Assembly: GCA_965112155.1 (NCBI GenBank)
Contig: OZ218104.1
Strand: one strand, 5' to 3'
DNA: 64,000 nt
Origin: Podarcis liolepis
Taxonomy: Eukaryota
The translations under genes and the position numbers were made by a program. The notes beneath the pieces were generated by a model. It was not told the origin of the DNA. It did not search any database and worked only from the letters and a program-made list of their open reading frames with translations. This document shows, piece after piece, positions 59,501 to 64,000 of this stretch (positions are counted from its first letter, which is position 1; each line of letters starts with the position of its first letter).

Positions 59501-61552
59501 AAAGCAGATAAAAATAACGCAAACAGCACAGAGCGGGCAGGAATGACCTTTAATAAACTGACAGCTGGATTCTCCCATGGATGGGTGGGCTTTGCAGAGA
59601 GACGCCGAAGGAGGGAGATGGTGATGCGCTTGGCTGCCCTTTGAAGGTGATTGATGTTGGGCCAAGCGTGTGCTAGGTGCAGTACAGAATATGGATGTGA
59701 GGCATTCTCCGCCTCAGAGGCCTTGCAGCCTTTGCTGGATGAAAAAGACCAAAACGGAGGGTCATAGATTGACTAATGAGCAGCAAAGGTTCAAATGAGG
59801 GAAGGGACAAATTGGAAGAAGGTAGGGTGGCTTATGAGGGATGTGCAGCAGAGAGCATTTTATGGGGACTGAGAGTGGCTCATGCAGAAGTCTAGGCCCT
59901 CTTGACTTGTCCACACTACCTGATGAGGAGTGAGGGCTTGACTCTGTATTGCTGGTTTTCACTTGCCTTCTCCAGAGCTGCTTTCAGCTCTGTTCCAAAT
60001 AGAGTTGATTTCCTTATTTATTACCTGCCCTTCACCATAAGGTCCCAGGGTAAGTTACAGTGATCTGAAAATACAGTATTAATAACGTTTTAAAACAAAT
60101 GACAGCCACAGGAATTGGGTGGGGCCCAAAATATTATCTATCTCAAGTGTCAGAGGCCAGAGTAAATGCTAGGAATAAACATGCCTTTGAGGGATAAGAG
60201 GCTTTTCCAGCACAAGGGCGAAGATGACAGAGCCAGAGGGACCCAGAGATAAGGGTGGGAGCGAGGAAGCTCACTGGATGAAGGGCTGAGGTGAAGAATT
60301 TGAGGGAAGGCACTTTGGCACTTTCTCCCCTGGTGCCCCAGTTGTGTGACCCAGTGCCATCAGTCACACCCTTGGAGAATTCTGTGCTGCTCATCCTGCA
60401 TGGCATCTAAAGACAGGCTGTTTGGTGACTAAAGGCCCCCTTGAGACTTCTCAGGTGGGTAGGTTGCACTCATTGCCTGGTTGTAACCAGTCGCTTCTGG
60501 GCTCTAGGAGGGATTTCTCTTAGTGGAGGGTGTCCTCTTCCTCCTTCCTGACATTGGCTGTCTTCTACAAAACTCAAGCAAGGGCATGATAATTCCGGTG
60601 AACCACAGAGGTGTCGAGGCTGAGCTCTCCTGTTTCGGTGTCGCCATGTAAATGCCTTCTAATCCATCAGTTGGCGGGCTAATCCATCAAACTGCTCATT
60701 AAAACACAAATGTTCTTATCTGTCTCACCCTTGGCCTTCCGAGACTGCTGTCTTCTCCTGAGCGCTTTGGGTAATCTCCGCAAATATGTCTGTGCAAAAT
60801 AATTATAGAGCCTTTCAAAGTCTAGGGCTGTTTCTCTCTTCCTGTCAGCAATACAAAGGTTTGCTCACTTATCACGATGCCAGAAGAGGGATTTGAGACA
60901 GCCCCAGAATAATGCAGGGATAGTGCGGCGGGGGGGGGGGGGAGCTAATACATGACCCTGTTGTGAAGAGGACAAGGCAGCCCAGTCTGGTGGAATGGGG
61001 TTTTAGCATGTGGGTCTTTGCACTAGTTTTACCATCCTGTGCACAGGGTGTAGTGATTCTTGAATGTCACTTTTCTAACAGAAATAAGTTGTTGTTGTTA
61101 ATAAAGTGCCTGAGCCTGGGGTGAGGAACCTGCATCCCTCCAGACCTTGCTGGATTCCACCTCCCATCAGCCCCAGCCAGGAAGGCCAGTGTTCAGGGGG
61201 GATGGGGGTTGGAAGCAGAGCATCAGAGGCTTTCAGGTTAGCTACTTCTGGCCAAAGGTATCCTAAGTAATGCACAAAGTGTTTGGTTTTTAAAAACAAA
61301 ACAAAACAAACAAACCAACAGCCCCTGCCTCCAGGCTACCAAGGTGAGAGACATCATCTGAAAATGGGAGTGGGTTGGGATATAACAGGAAAGCAAGCAA
61401 ATTCAGATACTAATTTTTCCTAGTGATTTGTGGCTGACCCAGTTTCTCTTCCTGTCTTGCAACAGAATTGGGCTCCTCCAGGCTGTGAGAAGATAGGGAA
61501 GTGTTTGAAGCCTCCCAGCCCCAACCCTCAAAAGTGCTTTTGGCCCCACTGA
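13824..61552 (+). CDS. GALNS: N-acetylgalactosamine-6-sulfatase, 518 aa, 14 exons; join(13824..13928,18019..18142,18579..18653,21234..21336,25209..25352,26821..26887,27008..27135,29445..29584,30811..30914,37319..37455,38823..38925,49465..49586,58597..58714,61466..61552)
   Basis: 1557 nt in frame with all GT-AG introns. Signal peptide, [10 protein letters not shown], the sulfatase FGly motif [42 protein letters not shown] and C-terminal [12 protein letters not shown] are all typical of GALNS. Confidence 0.97.
14278..14522 (+). mobile_element. tRNA-derived CORE/MIR-like SINE with an internal tandem duplication
   Basis: A-box-like gtggtgcagtggttaga, B-box-like ttcaaattccc, core ctacctcacagcgttgttgtgaggataaaatga and an (AAAT)n tail; gtaagcctaagctacctc is duplicated. 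Confidence 0.7.
15287..15666. mobile_element. hAT-type MITE
   Basis: Perfect 8-bp TSD CTTTAAGG at 15279-15286 and 15667-15674; TIR core TGGGGAACCT / AGGTTCCCCA. Confidence 0.75.
18019..18142 (+). CDS. GALNS: GALNS exon 2
   Basis: [41 protein letters not shown]; ag|...|gtgagt. Confidence 0.96.
18579..18653 (+). CDS. GALNS: GALNS exon 3
   Basis: [25 protein letters not shown]; ctcctcag|...|gtatgt. Confidence 0.96.
20345..20390. repeat. (AG)n microsatellite
   Basis: About 23 perfect AG units. Confidence 0.95.
20922..21163. mobile_element. Tc1/mariner (Tigger/pogo-like) MITE
   Basis: TA TSD on both sides; TIRs CAGTGGTACCTCGGTTTACGAAC / GTTCTTAAACCGAGGTACCACTG (22/23 match); internal TTCTTAAACCGA repeats. 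Confidence 0.9.
21234..21336 (+). CDS. GALNS: GALNS exon 4
   Basis: [35 protein letters not shown]; |gtaaag. Confidence 0.95.
23900..24600 (-). mobile_element. Degenerate L2-type LINE 3' fragment
   Basis: The minus frame [35 protein letters not shown] matches the L2 ORF2 motif LVTSRLDYCNxLxxGLP...LQxxQNxAARL. Boundaries are approximate. Confidence 0.75.
25209..25352 (+). CDS. GALNS: GALNS exon 5
   Basis: [48 protein letters not shown]. Confidence 0.96.
26040..26405 (-). mobile_element. Full-length Sauria SINE
   Basis: On the minus strand: 5' GGGACGCGGGTGGCGCTGTGGGTTAAACC, B-box GGTTCGAATCC and 3' (ACCTTT)n tail; 13-bp TSD TATGCATTATCTA at 26027-26039 and 26406-26418. Confidence 0.92.
26821..26887 (+). 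CDS. GALNS: GALNS exon 6
   Basis: [22 protein letters not shown], including an N-glycosylation sequon NLT. Confidence 0.95.
27008..27135 (+). CDS. GALNS: GALNS exon 7
   Basis: [43 protein letters not shown]; |gtaagt. Confidence 0.95.
27644..27829. mobile_element. Tc1/mariner (pogo-like) MITE
   Basis: TA|CCGTATTTA...TAAATACGG|T imperfect TIRs; internal repeats of aggtgcgcattagatt. Confidence 0.7.
29445..29584 (+). CDS. GALNS: GALNS exon 8
   Basis: [46 protein letters not shown]. Confidence 0.96.
30811..30914 (+). CDS. GALNS: GALNS exon 9
   Basis: [35 protein letters not shown]; |gtgaga. Confidence 0.96.
35402..35440. repeat. (AT)n microsatellite
   Basis: Perfect dinucleotide run. Confidence 0.95.
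36624..36679. repeat. (TTA)n microsatellite, probably a retroposon tail
   Basis: Perfect trinucleotide run followed by atactgccct...gtggttcaca, a SINE/LINE 3'-end-like sequence. Confidence 0.92.
37319..37455 (+). CDS. GALNS: GALNS exon 10
   Basis: [46 protein letters not shown]; |gtgagt. Confidence 0.95.
37620..37878 (+). mobile_element. Squam3-like SINE copy (related copies at ~36780-36930, 36990-37140, 50680-50880, 58370-58495 and 59005-59130)
   Basis: Shared body gcatgcagaa..cc.aggtt.aatc..cagcatctccaggtagg...cctggagagccactgcc.gtcag...tggaccagtg...ataaggcagcttc. Confidence 0.65.
38823..38925 (+). CDS. GALNS: GALNS exon 11
   Basis: [34 protein letters not shown]. Confidence 0.96.
41145..41189. 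repeat. (AAT)n microsatellite
   Basis: About 15 perfect units. Confidence 0.95.
42430..42880 (+). mobile_element. Probable decayed piggyBac transposase relic
   Basis: The translation ...[15 protein letters not shown]...[22 protein letters not shown] resembles the piggyBac motif GTVRxNRKxxPK...GxLLxxxWxDxRxVxxLST. Recognised by eye only. Confidence 0.45.
44601..44785. other. Assembly gap (185 N)
   Basis: Run of N. Confidence 1.
45481..45810 (-). mobile_element. CR1 LINE 3' end (young)
   Basis: (ATTCTATG)n tail on the minus strand; ORF2 C-terminus [68 protein letters not shown] is intact. Confidence 0.92.
45811..45877 (+). mobile_element. Short CR1 3' end, opposite orientation to the adjacent copy
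   Basis: ggttggactagatgatcc...ggtcccttccaactctatgattctatg. Confidence 0.85.
49465..49586 (+). CDS. GALNS: GALNS exon 12
   Basis: [41 protein letters not shown]; |gtaagg. Confidence 0.96.
54326..54369. repeat. (AG)n microsatellite
   Basis: About 22 perfect units. Confidence 0.95.
55960..56215 (+). mobile_element. CR1 LINE ORF2 internal fragment (end of the RT region)
   Basis: [31 protein letters not shown]...[33 protein letters not shown] is a classic CR1 motif. It lies within an older CR1-group 3' fragment on the minus strand. Confidence 0.9.
56477..56514. repeat. (TG)n microsatellite
   Basis: About 19 perfect units. Confidence 0.95.
58597..58714 (+). CDS. GALNS: GALNS exon 13
   Basis: [39 protein letters not shown]; |gtaagg. 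Confidence 0.94.
61466..61552 (+). CDS. GALNS: GALNS exon 14 (terminal coding part)
   Basis: [28 protein letters not shown] then TGA. Confidence 0.95.
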   Translation, partial: NWAPPGCEKIGKCLKPPSPNPQKCFWPH

Positions 61553-62387
61553 GCATCTCATGCCTGACCTGCTGGAGACAGGGCTGCTGCGGATCATTTC
61601 TTCAGAAAAGGGGCATTGTGGGAAGAAGCCCAGAGTGTTTCCCTCCTCTCTCAGGGTTACAGCAGTAAATCTATATGAATTCAGCCTCTCAGTACAGACA
61701 GGGCCAAGGTGCTGTGAGCTTAAGACTATTTCAGATATTAGGACTGGAGAGCCTGCCTTAGTCCTTTGCTACTCATAAGTTCCTTTGAGACTGAGCCCTC
61801 AGTTATCAGTTGTGATCATCTCTCACAGCATTCTGCTCCCCTCCCACTGCCTAGAATTGGAAGTTTGTCCTGGAGCTCAGGAACCCTTCTGGACCTGATG
61901 AGGCAGAGCATCTTTGTGCCATCTAAAAATTGTTAAGCGTCAATGCCAGTATTCAGTGGCTCCAGCGAATGTACAGTGTTGCTTAAATGTGCTTGGAGCA
62001 AAGACTGCTGCTCACTGCATGCAGTGCCAGCAACATTAGTCTATTGGCTATAATGTCTCACATACCCTCTGCAGGCCAGCTTTGGCAGGTGGACAAGACT
62101 ACCCACCTGTCAATCACCAGACATCATAATGGTGTCAAAGTTTAAAGGAGGTTGTTGCATCCTCCTTTGAGGATGTTATTCCAGCACCAATCAGCTGATT
62201 GGCACTGGAACTGCAATTAACTAGCCATATCCACCATTCAGCTGATCATTAGTTACAAGGAAGCCCCTTTGAAGTCTTTGCAGAGAGGACAAGGCACCTA
62301 AAATTGAAGTCTTTTTTCCCTTTGCAAAGAAAATGGTCTCTACTCAAAGTGCTTTCTCCAGCTTTTTCAATACAAACTGCTTTGTCT

Positions 62388-62400
62388 CTTTCTTTCTTTC

Positions 62401-62436
<36 letters not shown>

Positions 62437-62440
62437 TTTC
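62388..62440. repeat. (TTTC)n microsatellite in the presumed GALNS 3' UTR
   Basis: Near-perfect tetranucleotide run. Confidence 0.9.
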
Positions 62441-63091
62441 TTTTTAAGCTTTTTGTATTCAAAACACAGGAGGAAGTGCTTTAAATCCAAGTTGCTTCCT
62501 GTAGTCCCCTTGGCTGCACTAGATAACTTCCTAGTGCAGCCAATCCCAGCTGATTATTGGGGCTTTGGCAGTGCAGGGCTCTCTTCGAGCACTAACAGTC
62601 AGCTGATCAGTGGTGTTTGCAGAGAGTCCTGTATTGCACTTCATAAAGGGCCCCGTAGGTGCCCTTTTGGGCCCAGCTATTACTTTACCTGCATCTCACA
62701 TCTGATGCAATATATGTTAGCAGTTGTAGGGCAGGTGAGTGTGGCTCAGCCAAAATGGTCTGGCCAGAGGCTCCCCACACCTGAGCTATATTATCAGTAG
62801 TTAATGCCTCTGATAGCTAAGTGGAACTTCTATGTTTAGAGGCAGTCTACCTCTACATGCCAGTTGCTGTGGGATGGAAGAACAACAGGGTAGTTGTCAT
62901 CACGCCCAGCTTGTGGGCTCCTTGGAGGCACCTGGTCAGCCACTGCTGGAAACAGATGGCTGGCAAGGTAAACCTTTCTTTGGTTATTTTGCTGTGCAAA
63001 GAAGTGTTCTCCATTGCCAACATTTCTTTTAAGACTTGGTCTCAAATGGTGCCAAAATATACATTTTCAAGAAGTGCCAAAGGTTAATATG

Positions 63092-63097
63092 AATAAA
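63092..63097 (+). terminator. Probable GALNS poly(A) signal
   Basis: First clear AATAAA after the stop, followed by a GU/U-rich tract (gatgttgttttt); implies a 3' UTR of about 1.55 kb. Confidence 0.55.
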
Positions 63098-64000
63098 TGT
63101 CTGCTGCTGCGATGTTGTTTTTAGTATGATTAGAAGAGTTCTGTATGTTTGTTGTTAACTTTCAAGAAATACTTTTGTCAGCTTTATAACTTTCTTATTG
63201 TGTGATTGTAAGAAATTAAGACCAATATAATATGTGATCTACAAGTGCTGTGTGTCTCTTCCCTGAGTTCCTTGTTGAATGAGATTGTGGAAGATAATAA
63301 GATTTGAAATGCAAATCCCGGCGCGCAGTATTTTAAAATGTGAGAAGTTGGGGAAGGAAAGGAGAAGAAGTGCCTTGGGGGCCCGTCATGCTAGAATTCT
63401 GTCTGATAAGCCAAGCCTTTTGGTTTAAGCTGTGATGGATTTCTTCACATGCCTACACCAGCAAAGTCATGTTCCACTTCACTAAGTGGATCCCAGGGGA
63501 GACATTGAAAGACTGGCCTCTGCCATGGATTCATTAAGTAGCCTTGAGTAAGCCACCTTCTCTGTCAAACTTTATGACAGTAGCCTATCTCACAGGGTTG
63601 TTGTGAAGACAGATCCAATAAAGATGGCAAAGTTGTAATAAAGATGCTATCTATAGCCTTCTCCTGTGAAAAGGAAGGTGTTAGGGTTGTCACAGAAAAG
63701 CCGAATTGGTGGCGAAATTGCAGAACAAACTCAACTGCAAAACAGAACCCCCCTACAATTCCAATCACTTCCTGTCTTTGGGGATATAGCTGTTAAAAAA
63801 GCTCTGTGTTCCAATGGAAAGTTGCATGCTTGGGTCAGTGTTTGTTTCTTCTGTTGCTAAGGACTGGCCAGCTTGGGCCAGCTGTTGGGGGAAAGGATTT
63901 TTTCTGGTGGTGGAGGAGATAATTTGTCTTTGAGAAAATCCTAGTATTAGCAGGGACAGCTGTGAAAATAGCCTACACAGTGACCTTCTGCTTCATCACC

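Noticed and set aside
63300-64000. Start of the next syntenic gene (APRT follows GALNS in human); octamer ATGCAAAT at 63309
   Set aside because: No APRT-like coding exon or CpG island is visible before the window ends.

Overview
Vertebrate genomic DNA, most likely from a lacertid-type lizard: a complete Sauria SINE is present along with a squamate-style CR1/L2/L1/hAT repeat landscape. The window carries the PABPN1L-TRAPPC2L-GALNS block known from human 16q24.3. It holds the last four coding exons of PABPN1L (+, 382-6616; the 5' part lies outside the window), the complete 5-exon TRAPPC2L (-, 13267->9602, 139 aa) and the complete 14-exon GALNS (+, 13824-61552, 518 aa). TRAPPC2L and GALNS are head-to-head, with start codons only about 557 bp apart. 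Exons were assembled by hand from splice signals and reading phase; nearly all ORF-track entries are spurious. Unusual splicing features: a GC-AG intron in PABPN1L, a U12-type (minor spliceosome) intron in TRAPPC2L, and a GALNS exon 10 that starts with a perfect GTGAGT donor (candidate recursive/re-splicing exon). Other points of interest: a young L1 nested inside a hAT MITE with both target-site duplications intact, CLEAR/YY1/RFX motifs in the bidirectional promoter, probable decayed piggyBac and Harbinger transposase relics, and several enhancer-like non-coding blocks in the long GALNS introns. There is one 185-nt assembly gap. I found no evidence of a wholly new gene system; the most novel leads are regulatory or splicing hypotheses that need RNA-seq or comparative alignment to test.
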